Below, piece by piece: positions 1 through 9,502 of a DNA stretch of 19,398 nucleotides. The translations under genes were made by a program, and so were the position numbers. Source of the DNA: Geosiphon pyriformis uo1 (taxonomy: Eukaryota > Fungi > Glomeromycota); NCBI GenBank assembly GCA_016748015.1, contig JAAOMT010000665.1, positions 311,458-330,855 of the forward strand, given 5' to 3'. Every line of letters starts with the position of its first letter. Position 1 is the stretch's first letter. The notes below the pieces were generated by a model. It was given only the letters and a program-made list of their open reading frames with translations. It did no database searches and was not told the origin of the DNA.

Positions 1-144
1 ACCTATCAATTTCGGAAAAAGTCAGAAGAGGAACTCCATTCGATGCAGCATACAACAGTGCTCTCAACAAGCTCTATCACTACCCTCATGATGCTGAAAT
101 GATCTTTGATCTAGCAATGGCTTTAATCAATGCAGCCACACAAG
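1..144 (+). pseudogene. Fragment of family-B Gypsy Pol (region between the Cys-rich module and dUTPase)
   Basis: Translates ...GTPFDAAYNSALNKLYHYPHDAEMIFDLAMALINAATQ. This aligns with the mutated copy at ~17236-17330 (YNNALNKLYYFLHDI*IIYELVIILINRKTQ), which lies upstream of a dUTPase remnant. Confidence 0.8.
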
Positions 145-963
145 NNNNNNNNNNNNNNNNNNNNNNNNNNNNNNNNNNNNNNNNNNNNNNNNNNNNNNNN
201 NNNNNNNNNNNNNNNNNNNNNNNNNNNNNNNNNNNNNNNNNNNNNNNNNNNNNNNNNNNNNNNNNNNNNNNNNNNNNNNNNNNNNNNNNNNNNNNNNNNN
301 NNNNNNNNNNNNNNNNNNNNNNNNNNNNNNNNNNNNNNNNNNNNNNNNNNNNNNNNNNNNNNNNNNNNNNNNNNNNNNNNNNNNNNNNNNNNNNNNNNNN
401 NNNNNNNNNNNNNNNNNNNNNNNNNNNNNNNNNNNNNNNNNNNNNNNNNNNNNNNNNNNNNNNNNNNNNNNNNNNNNNNNNNNNNNNNNNNNNNNNNNNN
501 NNNNNNNNNNNNNNNNNNNNNNNNNNNNNNNNNNNNNNNNNNNNNNNNNNNNNNNNNNNNNNNNNNNNNNNNNNNNNNNNNNNNNNNNNNNNNNNNNNNN
601 NNNNNNNNNNNNNNNNNNNNNNNNNNNNNNNNNNNNNNNNNNNNNNNNNNNNNNNNNNNNNNNNNNNNNNNNNNNNNNNNNNNNNNNNNNNNNNNNNNNN
701 NNNNNNNNNNNNNNNNNNNNNNNNNNNNNNNNNNNNNNNNNNNNNNNNNNNNNNNNNNNNNNNNNNNNNNNNNNNNNNNNNNNNNNNNNNNNNNNNNNNN
801 NNNNNNNNNNNNNNNNNNNNNNNNNNNNNNNNNNNNNNNNNNNNNNNNNNNNNNNNNNNNNNNNNNNNNNNNNNNNNNNNNNNNNNNNNNNNNNNNNNNN
901 NNNNNNNNNNNNNNNNNNNNNNNNNNNNNNNNNNNNNNNNNNNNNNNNNNNNNNNNNNNNNNN
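145..963. other. Assembly gap (819 N)
   Basis: Run of N; all ORFs spanning it are artefacts. Confidence 1.
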
Positions 964-1193
964 TCCAGACGAGCAATTCCTGGGAAAGAGTTGACGTTTA
1001 CTACAACGTAACTACATAAAGTAACTGGCACGGAATTGGCCATTCCACTTATAAGCCCAGCGGTTCAAATTATAGGAGATAATTTGAAGATAAATTCAGT
1101 TACTGGAGGTTCAACCACATCCAGAAAACGTGAATTCACAGCAAACAAGCATCAACAACATTTAAGAAAAGAGACCAAAAACCTCCGGTAACA
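964..1193 (+). repeat. 3' 230 bp of a family-B LTR (lightly mutated, CpG-containing copy)
   Basis: Ends ...CTCCGGTAACA. It is colinear with the reverse complement of 10791-11021, and similarity stops exactly at the ...TAACA/...TAATA terminus. No PBS follows, so it is a 3' or solo LTR. Confidence 0.85.
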
Positions 1194-1400
1194 CCACATA
1201 TAACTAGCCACTTAGACCAATCAGAACAACACTACAAATCTATCATAATAGACACAATCTTATCAATACCAGAAAAGAAACAGCAGAGTTTACAAAAACC
1301 AAAACAGACACCAAGCAACCTAATTATTCCAGCCAAAAGCAAAAATAACAGATCCCAGATTATAGAAAAAACAGAATCATTATGAGGAACTAAACCATAC
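1194..1400 (-). mobile_element. 3' end of the LINE ORF2 (stop TAG at 1234-1232) plus short 3' UTR
   Basis: Removing 1401-7973 and one TSD copy restores one reading frame: ...RTKYKTFMKKH|GLVPHNDSVFSIIWDLLFLLLAGIIRLLGVCFGFCKLCCFFSGIDKIVSIMIDL*. Confidence 0.8.
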
Positions 1401-2214
1401 TGTTACTCATAAAAAAGAAAACAGATATAGAAAAATAGTAGATCAATAAGAGAGTAGTAGTTAACACATAAGCATATTATTCAACAATGTAGAACAATAT
1501 CAGAAATCACAGCACATTGTTCAGCAATGTGAGCATTACTTGAGAAATTATAGCACATTGCTCAAGAATGGGAACAATCTCATAGAACCCAAATTATATA
1601 TATATAGTGGTAGTATTAAAAGTAGTAAAGACAGACCTCTCAGTTTAGATTTTATTTAAGCCATTTTCTAATCTACAAATATCAATAAATAATTGTTCTC
1701 TATCTCAAATCCACTCTCTATTATCAATACTTCATGTTGATAGTCATTGATAATTAACCATTCTGGAACAATAGCTTTTGATTATAGCTATTAACGGAAT
1801 ACTAACTTGTGCATTGTTTTGGCTCATTTCTTTATTTCTTTTTATTTTTTTATTTTTTTTATTTTATTGTTACATACTAATTGATTAAGAATGAAAGCAC
1901 TGAATTGTTGATGTCACGGATAGCCTAGTAAAAGACCCAGAAATAAGGGTAGAATCAGATATATATTAATGGATAGCTTATCAGAAGAACATGACTGCCA
2001 GAATAAACCAGCCACCATGCTGAAGACAGAAATTAGGAAAACAACTTACCAACCAACTATATCACTGTTGAATCTCTGTTTATTATACAAAAAACTCAAC
2101 TCTAAAACCTTCAGATACACTTTATGTACTAGTATTACCAGCATTATCAAGATATTAAGCACCAAGTTACGGATTTGTTATTTGATTTGAGATTTCAGAT
2201 AATCATCTGTAATA
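1401..2214 (+). repeat. 5' LTR of family-A element
   Basis: Starts TGTTACTCAT and ends ATCTGTAATA (C>T of TGTAACA); same length as and colinear with 7160-7973. Confidence 0.95.
1470..1570 (+). promoter_or_regulatory. U3 array of ~40-bp repeats with palindromic ACATTGCT-C-AGCAATGT core, upstream of a TATA-like TATATATAG
   Basis: Units agca(c/t)attg(c/t)tca(a/g)caatgt recur at ~1471, 1511 and 1552, and at the same offsets in the 3' LTR. Regulatory role is inferred from position. Confidence 0.5.
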
Positions 2215-2216
2215 TT

Positions 2217-2233
2217 TGGTGCTTTCTGTGAGG
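2217..2233 (+). promoter_or_regulatory. Primer-binding site (PBS)
   Basis: TGGTGCTTTCTGTGAGG lies 2 nt after the 5' LTR and is complementary to a tRNA 3' end ...CCTCACAGAAAGCACCA. The T-stem CTCAC resembles elongator tRNA-Met or tRNA-Ile(TAT); identity not determined. Confidence 0.85.
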
Positions 2234-2327
2234 TATAATTCTACAAAGAATCAGCACCAACAACAATCATCCAAAAGTAGCAGAATCAAAAAACATAGGA
2301 ACAAACTATTTAGGATTTGCTAAATCC

Positions 2328-4419
2328 TTGTTTCAACAGTACAGCCAACAATTAGGACTAAACAATAACCACTTCCCAGCAGAATCTGTCTTTAATTTCT
2401 ATGTCAATAATAAAATCACAGACTGTTTAAGAGGAACAGTTAACATTGAATTCGCAAGAGAAAATTTCTATACAGAATTATTTCAACATACCAGCTTATC
2501 AAGAAACTATAGTTTTGCACCAATCATTAAGGAAATCAATCAAACTATTGAAAGATACACACAACAACAATTCCCCATCACCTATGCAGACAAAGGCAAA
2601 GAAAAGTTGCAAACACTAGCAGTAACACCAAAACAAATACAACCACCTACTTGGAAGAAAACCAGAATTGAATTACCAACCAATCCATCATACTATTATA
2701 TACCAGAAAGCACCATTAACATCTTATTAACAGGTGTGTCCACATCACACATGACATCAACATTTGGCTAACTCCCATTTTAAAGTAAACAAAAGAAAGC
2801 AGAGTTACTAAGAACTTATGGCGACTACTTTGAGGGATTTAAATCACAATCCCCAATGCCATTAGGATTTTGATCACTGTCACCTCAACCAGATTTCAGA
2901 AACACGAGTCTCTGGGAGATAATGGAATCAGAAAAAGAGGAAGAAAAAGAAGCTGAAGATCAAAAATTTACTTACCAGAACCCGATTTTAGAAAATCTGG
3001 AAATTGAAACTCCAAACATTAAAATCCAGCAAACTCCGAATAATCTAAACTCCAAGTTAATTAATTAGGGAAACTTACCTCCAGTAATTGTCATTGACCA
3101 GTCACCAATTGAACTGATATTTGAACCAATCTCACAGCCACCTCTTCAGCAATCTATTCAACTACTGCTTCAACAACTCCAACAGCCGCTTCAACAGCCA
3201 CAACAACAACTGCAACCACTACAACAACAACAACTGAACTTAGATCCAATGGTCTATGCTCTAATAGTGAAACTAGAAAAGTTCACTGGCAAAAAAGATG
3301 ACACCCAAATATTGGCTCAATGACGTTGAAAAGGCCATCATGGCCAATAGATAGAATGACGTGAAAGCCCTCTAAGCCATCCTTTATTTTTTCCAGAATA
3401 CTACTGACTTATGGTATTAAAGCCTAGCCAACAAACCCCAGAATTTCAATGCATTTAAGCTTGTATTTCTACAATATTTTAGTAATAATAATAGTATCAA
3501 CTGATTGGCAAACACTTTCATCACCATCAAGCAAGGAGAAACCAAAGCAGTCACTACTTACTTAAGACACTTTTACAAGAATTTATGCTAGATCCAAGCT
3601 ATTGACGCCAATTATTTCACAGTGGCCCAGATCTTAAATTAGTTTATTCATGGATTATGCAGTAGCATTCTGCAACATATATGTCCAATGCATCCCATTG
3701 ATCTGCAAGCAGCCATCACAACCACCAGAAATTTTGAAGCCACTGAATTAAAAGCCAACCATGCCCAAGCAGTAAATCTAATAATGAATGGATTATCTGA
3801 CTTGGATTCCAAATTGAAGCAATTTAGTGACTCAATAAATCAGAAATTAGAGGGATATTTAACTGACAATTATGCAATCTATCAACCTCCACAATGACAC
3901 AATAATCAAGAAAACGCAAATCATTTCCAAAATTAATTGCATCTATCATCGTCAACCAATCAACAGTGGTAACAGAAAACATGTGGTTGCCACTATTGTG
4001 GTAAACAAGGACACCTACAAATTGACTGCCACTATTACTTAAATAATCAATGATCAGGAAATCAATATTAAAACCCCAATTGCCAATTTCAAATCCTGAA
4101 TAACCCACCAAACTCAGAGCCATATCATTAGAATTACTTATCTATAACACAGCAGCCACTTTATCAACCACCAGTATATCAACCACCAATTCATTAACTG
4201 ATGACACCAGCAATTTATCAGCCACAGTTATTACCTATTTATTAGCCACAGCTTCAGGTAATCTATTAGCCCCAACAAATTCAAACACCACCATAGAACT
4301 TACCTCAAAACAGAACCCAAAGGCCGAGATTGATCCAATAAAGCTAGAGATTATTAATGGTAGTTCACCAATTGATCCCCAGTTTTTCCACACAACCAGT
4401 AGGATCTCGACAATAGAAT
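2328..4419 (+). pseudogene. gag: gag (Q/P-rich linker, retrotransposon capsid region, CCHC zinc knuckle)
   Basis: Contains KLEKFTGKKDDTQI/WLNDVEKAI, F(I)TIKQGETKAVTTYL (major-homology-like), and zinc knuckle CHYCGKQGHLQIDC at 3988-4029. Many TAA/TAG/TGA stops fall at apparent Q/W/R positions; one frameshift near 3310. True start uncertain. Confidence 0.88.
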
Positions 4420-4650
4420 TTGGGCATTGGGTATGCCCAAAACCCGAATTTCCAGAATTATTTAAGTCTTTTGGTTACCCCAAAAGATGCCCAATTCAAT
4501 AATTCAGAAACCAACCAACAAACAACACTTACTAGCAATATTCCCCCAGCTATCATTACTAAGAATGAATCACTGAACACTATCTTTTTATTTGAACTCA
4601 AAGAACTGTCGACCATGCCATTATTTAATAGAGCTGCTCTGAAAAAAAAA

Positions 4651-5037
4651 CCTATTACTGCCATATACACTGATGCCAAAGTTGATGGCCATTCCATCAA
4701 ACTGATCCTAGACAATGAATTAGCTGGCAGCAATATCACAAAACAACTCATGGACCAATTAGGTTGCCAAGTTGACCACACTGCCAGCACCAGAATCATA
4801 ACCGCTGATGGAACAATCAAAACTCCCATTGGTGAGATTAATGACTTTTTTATTGAAGTCAATAGTATCATTGTCCTAATTAAAGTACTGGTCATAAAAA
4901 CCATCCAATACTAAGCACTTGTTGGTAATGATTGGCTATTCAAAACCAACGCATTGCTTGATTGAAATATGCAGAAGCTTCAAATCAACCAGAATGGCTG
5001 ACACACATGTGTACCAGTCATGTGTAGTCATTTCAAG
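4651..5037 (+). pseudogene. Retroviral-type aspartic protease domain (same frame as the gag knuckle)
   Basis: IKLILDNELAGS corresponds to LILDSGSAGS altered only by G>A/C>T (Asp codon at 4711). Followed by IITADG and the C-terminal ALVGNDWL motif. Confidence 0.9.
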
Positions 5038-5403
5038 ACCACCAAATTAACAACACCACTTATTGAGTTTGAGAAAGAAGAAAAGAAACCTACCTGAAAA
5101 GCCTATCAAGTATTATGGACTGAAGAAGACCACAATGAGTTATCACCAATACTCTTTTGGAACGATAACAAAAAAAGAAAACAAAAGAAAAGACTTATTT
5201 GGAACGCCAACCAAGACTGGGAAACCAACAATGACTCAAATGAACTACCAACCTGGAAATGGGAAGAAACCAATAAAAGAAAGAGAAAAAAGAAAGAAGA
5301 AAATATAACCAAAAGAACCACTACCACAGAGAAAATAACTAGTAACTGGAAAAGAGAATATTCACAGGAACTGATCAAGAAGCCATTATATATACCTCTT
5401 AAT

Positions 5404-6015
5404 TGCAAGGACTGTGGAAAAAAACTTTCTTCTATGGGAGCTTGGGTCACGCTAAATGAAAATTACTGGATGTGAACCCACTATTATTGCAAGCCTTGCC
5501 ACTGCAAACACTATGGCTACTTAAAAAGACAAGGCAAGTGGGACAACAAATTATGTCTCACTTGTGGCAAACAACTACTGGACAAAGGAATGTGGAATGA
5601 CATTTCTGAACAAGAAGGAACATGTGACACTTCATGCCAATACACAATCCTCATCAGCGATTGGGTAAGTCATGGTATGCCAATAACTGCTGTCTGACAT
5701 CATGCAATATCTCACTTGAACAGTTACTCACATGATAAAGATAAAATCTGGCAGATGGCAAATGCCAAAGTAGCAGATACCATGCCTAGTGAAATATTAA
5801 AAATCAAGAACAACCCTTCAAAGCCAGTCAACATTGTTTTAATTCCCAACCCAGATGCTTTCCTGAATCTGGAAGCAGGCCCAGAAGAATTCCATGAACA
5901 TTACCAAAATTTGGCACCAACAAAAGAGGAACAAGAGCAGTGTTTAGTCCAAATAAACACCCAACTATGTAACCATTGTTTGATCTCATGTGACTTTTAA
6001 TATTGTAATAAGTGT
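5404..6015 (+). pseudogene. Cys-rich putative multi-zinc-binding module within Pol
   Basis: CKDC...CKPC...CLTC...CDTSC, then ~110 aa, then CNHCLISCDF*YCNKC. A homologous pattern occurs at 16100-16369 and 17206-17550. Confidence 0.7.
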
Positions 6016-6042
6016 GATCTCATTTACAATCCACCACCATGT

Positions 6043-7197
6043 ATGATCTACATGATTCCAGAGGAAGAACCAATCAGCAGCTGCACATTAGAATCGGAAT
6101 TAACTTTCAATCTCAATTTAAACTCCAACAACAATGATGATAAAAATAATGGTTCCAGCTCCACTCAATATGGCAATAAAGATAACAACAATTTGAACTC
6201 CAATTCAAACCCCGAAACATACATTACACTCCCTGATCTTACCAAGAAACAAGAACTCAAATGGTTTAGTGATAATAATAAAGATATTATGCCAGAATGC
6301 ATACATGATACCAATGCAGGGTTTGATCTGAGATATCCAGGGAAATATTCCATCAAATTGAAACCACATTCACACACTCATATTGATCTGAAAATAGTAC
6401 TGGAAATTTCAGCAACAACAATAATTCAACTAGCATCCAGGAGTAGTTTAGCGAAAAAAGGAATTAACATCAAAAGAGAAATAATTGATGCAGGATATGT
6501 AGAAAATATTATTGCTATGCTACAAAATGACTCAGAAAAAGCATACATTATAGATCCAAATAAAAAGATAGCACAGGCAATCTTCCTACTTCTGATGAAA
6601 GTAGTTCAGCTAGTGTTAATGAGAAACAGGAAAAAATTAGGAATTATAGCTAGAGAGATACAAGGATTTAGATTAATGGATAGAATAAATGTACTAGTTA
6701 ATATGGCAGAGGAAGAAATTGTTGACAAAGAAGAAATTATCTCCACCTGTCAATCAATTTTTATTCTATCATATGATCAGTACATGGTAGTTATAGAAAG
6801 AAAAGTAAAAGATCAGATGCAAATTTTTGAAGCAGAAGCAACACTGTGTGAATCAGAAGAGATTGAACTTACCAATCTTTACATACCAGCCAAGAACCAT
6901 AATCACATCAAAATTCCCATCTACAACAACATGGAAAATGTTGTAGAAATACCAGAAGGAACTATTATCAGTTATTTAACCACTGAAATTAAAGACCAAT
7001 GGCCAGACACCATTCCAGATTTTTCACAACTATGCAAATATGTGGATATTATATCACAAACCATATATGGACAAGAAGAATATTATCTGCTTCAACAGGA
7101 ACAGTTGGAACAGATGAACATGAGAAACTTAGACCCACTACAATGTATACAACTTAAGATGTTACTCATAAAAAAAAAAACAAATATAGAAAAATAG
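6043..7197 (+). pseudogene. dut: Residual Pol ORF (384 aa) containing a dUTPase domain (6286-6681); reads into the 3' LTR
   Basis: dUTPase motifs in order: I AGFDL, II ASRSSLAKKG, III EIIDAGYVE (canonical GIIDxGYxG), IV KIAQAI, V REIQGFRLMD (canonical RGxxGFGSTG). Motifs III and V are damaged by transitions, so it is probably inactive. Confidence 0.9.
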
Positions 7198-7973
7198 TAG
7201 ACCAATAAGAGAGTAGTAGTTAGCATATGAGCACATTGCTCAACAATGTAGAGCAATGTTAAAAATCACAGCATATTGCTCAGCAATGTAAGCATTGCTT
7301 GAGAAATTATAGCACATCGCTTGAAAATGGGAGTAATCTCATAGAACCCAAATTATGTATATATAGTGGTAGTATTAAAAGTAGTAAAGACAGATCTCTT
7401 AGTTTAGATTTTATCTAAGCCATCTTCTAATCTACAAATATCAATAAATAATTATTCTCTATTTCAAATTCACTCTCTACTATCAACACTTCATGTTGAT
7501 AGTCATTGACACTTAACCATCCTAGAACAATAGCTTTTAATCATAGCTATTAACGGAATACTAACTTGTGCATTGCCTTGGCTCATTTCTTTATTTCTTT
7601 TTATTTTTTCTTTTCTTTGATTTTATTGTTGCATACTAATTGATTAAGGATTAAAGCACTGAGTTATTGATGTCATGAATAGCCCGGTAAAAGACACAGA
7701 AATAAGGGTAGAATCAGATATATATTAACAGATAGCTTACTAGAAGAGCACAACTGCCAGAATAAACTGGCCACCATGCTAAAGACAGAAATTAGGAAAA
7801 CAACTTACCAACCAACTATATCACTATTGAATCTCTGTTTATTATACAAAAAACTCAACTCTAAAACCTTCAGATACATTTCACATACCAGTATTACCAG
7901 TATTATCAAGATATTGAGCACCAAGTTATGAATTTGTTATTTGATTTGAGACTCCAGATAATCATCTGTAACA
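7160..7973 (+). repeat. 3' LTR of family-A element
   Basis: TGTTACTCAT...ATCTGTAACA, 814 bp, direct repeat of 1401-2214. Confidence 0.95.
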
Positions 7974-9010
7974 ATGCTTCTTCATAAAAGTCTTATATTT
8001 GGTCCTAACCAACCATATGTCAGCACAGTGAGCAGAACCAAAATCCTGAACAAAATCAATAATAATTCTACTCACTAACTTAGTATTACTCAAAACGGAT
8101 ACAGTTTCCAGATACCAATCCTTGAACAAGAAGCCTTTGCTCAAAGTGGTGTATAGCACATTATTAGAAACACACAAAGAAAACATCTGCAAGATCCGAG
8201 ACAAATAAAGTTCCAAACTAAACATAGAATGCCACTTGGCCAAATGGGAAGCAAGCAAATCCTTATGGATTTCAAAGTCAAATGCACACACAAAAAGGTG
8301 GTCAAAGCTCTCTATCTCTTCATAATGAAAACACAAAACACTCAGATAATTTCTATTATACAAGCACTTTCACACAGCAACCAGCAAGTGGTGATGCAAA
8401 GCTTTCAAAAAATACAAATGTAGACCAGTAGTAGACTTGCTGGTAAATTCAGTCACCATGTGCAAATTAGGATGTCAGACTGAAGCAGTATGAACCCAAT
8501 CTATATCACCAATCATATCTTTGCTAATAACAGCAGAACTAGGCCCAGCCTCCTAATACACATGATTCACTGACTTAAAAACATCTTGAGCAAAATACCG
8601 AACATTATCAGACACTGCCACCCCACCAGCCTTAATAAACATTTTCTTAACCAAAACAAGAAGCACCAAATCCGAGCTTGCAGCAGAATCAGCAAACTTA
8701 TCAGCATGCTTATTATCCGCAATATCTGAATGTTCTTTAACCTTATACCAAGAAACACTAAGCTTCTTTCCCTCAATCAAATTAACAATACCACACTGCT
8801 CCAATTAGTAATAGTTGTGAAAGTCCAAAGAAGCCAAAACTGACTCAGCAGTACAAGCATCTAAGACAGCCTGACTGTCTGAATAAACCACAACAGAACT
8901 GTAAAAAAAAACACACTTTAACACCAAAGTAATTATCTGCAACTCAGTCATAGTGAAAGAAACCAATTCACCAATCCTAATGCCAATATTTTGATCCACA
9001 TCCGAGAAGT
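7974..9010 (-). mobile_element. Non-LTR retrotransposon (LINE) ORF2 C-terminal half: RNase H and C-terminal Cys/His motif (pseudogenised)
   Basis: ORFs 8805-8999, 8553-8804 and 7962-8363 are one frame broken by stops. RNase HI motifs TMTELQII, YSDSQAVL and KVKEHSDIADNKHADKFA; C-terminal LCFHYEEIESFDHLFVC (CxxC-x7-H-x3-C with one Cys>Tyr). The frame continues at 1400-1232. Confidence 0.88.
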
Positions 9011-9169
9011 ATAAATTAGTTTTAATACTTTTTATAAACTATATGTATTTTTGTTTTTATAAAATCTATTATAAGATAATTTTTAAAATAAATAAAGATA
9101 TTATTAAAATAAAATTATTAAAATAAAACAAAAAATTTGGATTTAATAGTAGATTTAATAACTAATTTA

Positions 9170-9498
9170 AAAAAATAATAATAATATTTTATAATCTTTA
9201 GACAAACAATTCAAGTTTTAATATTTATAATAATAATAATAATACTTAAAAGTTTTTTACTAGATATCATATTTATATAAAATACTAGTTTTAATTTCAA
9301 CAAGATTTAAAAACTTATGAAAACCAAACATTATAATAGTAAAAAATTAATAATAATAAAAATTAAAAGAATAAAAAATAAAACAAGTATGATCACCAAT
9401 CTAAGATATTATATTATTAATTTTAAAAACAATAGAATTAAAAAAAATTAACCAATTTGGTTTTAAAAGTATTATGTAAAATAATAATTTTTTTTCGG
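9170..9498 (-). pseudogene. Probable LINE ORF1 remnant (RRM-like segment plus decayed CCHC knuckle), hypermutated
   Basis: Minus-strand translation FKTKLVNFF..IS*IGDHTCFIF...FTIIMF...I**KTFKYYYYYKY*NLNCLSKDYK. The end fits C-x2-C-x4-H-x4-C spacing with TGT>TAT changes. Family recognition is from memory of fungal LINE ORF1 proteins. Confidence 0.55.
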
Positions 9499-9502
9499 TT
9501 AA

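Larger units (their letters stand above)
1401..7973 (+). mobile_element. Ty3/Gypsy-type LTR retrotransposon, family A, internally deleted (no RT/RNase H/integrase/PPT)
   Basis: Two 814-bp direct repeats with TGTTAC...GTAA(C/T)A termini, a PBS after the 5' LTR, and gag-CCHC-protease-dUTPase in the interior. Flanked by ATAC (1397-1400) and ATGC (7974-7977), a 4-bp TSD with one G>A change. Gypsy assignment rests on homology to the RT-RH-INT ordered element at 10791-18352. Confidence 0.93.

Noticed and set aside
86-1043. Four ~300-aa ORFs in the track
   Set aside because: They consist almost entirely of N-gap translation.
1969-2190. 73-aa ORF
   Set aside because: Lies wholly within the LTR; the sister LTR has ACA for the ATG and an early TAG.
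3140-3240. CAA/CAG-rich microsatellite-like run
   Set aside because: It is the Q/P-rich linker of gag, not an independent repeat.
4101-4502. Stop-free Ser/Thr-rich alternative frame overlapping the gag 3' end (also largely open at ~18900-19225)
   Set aside because: Expected shadow of Y-Q-P-rich codons in the main frame, which rarely create stops in that frame; no start codon or independent evidence.
3824-6377. Antisense and off-frame ORFs (3824-4123, 4458-4904, 5063-5308, 5106-5450, 6165-6377)
   Set aside because: Shadows of the gag-pol frame with no recognisable motifs.
6001-7197. Long stop-free frame as a domesticated, functional dUTPase gene
   Set aside because: Motif III glycines and motif V are destroyed by transitions and the ORF ends in LTR sequence. 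Escape from stops is mildly surprising but compatible with chance.
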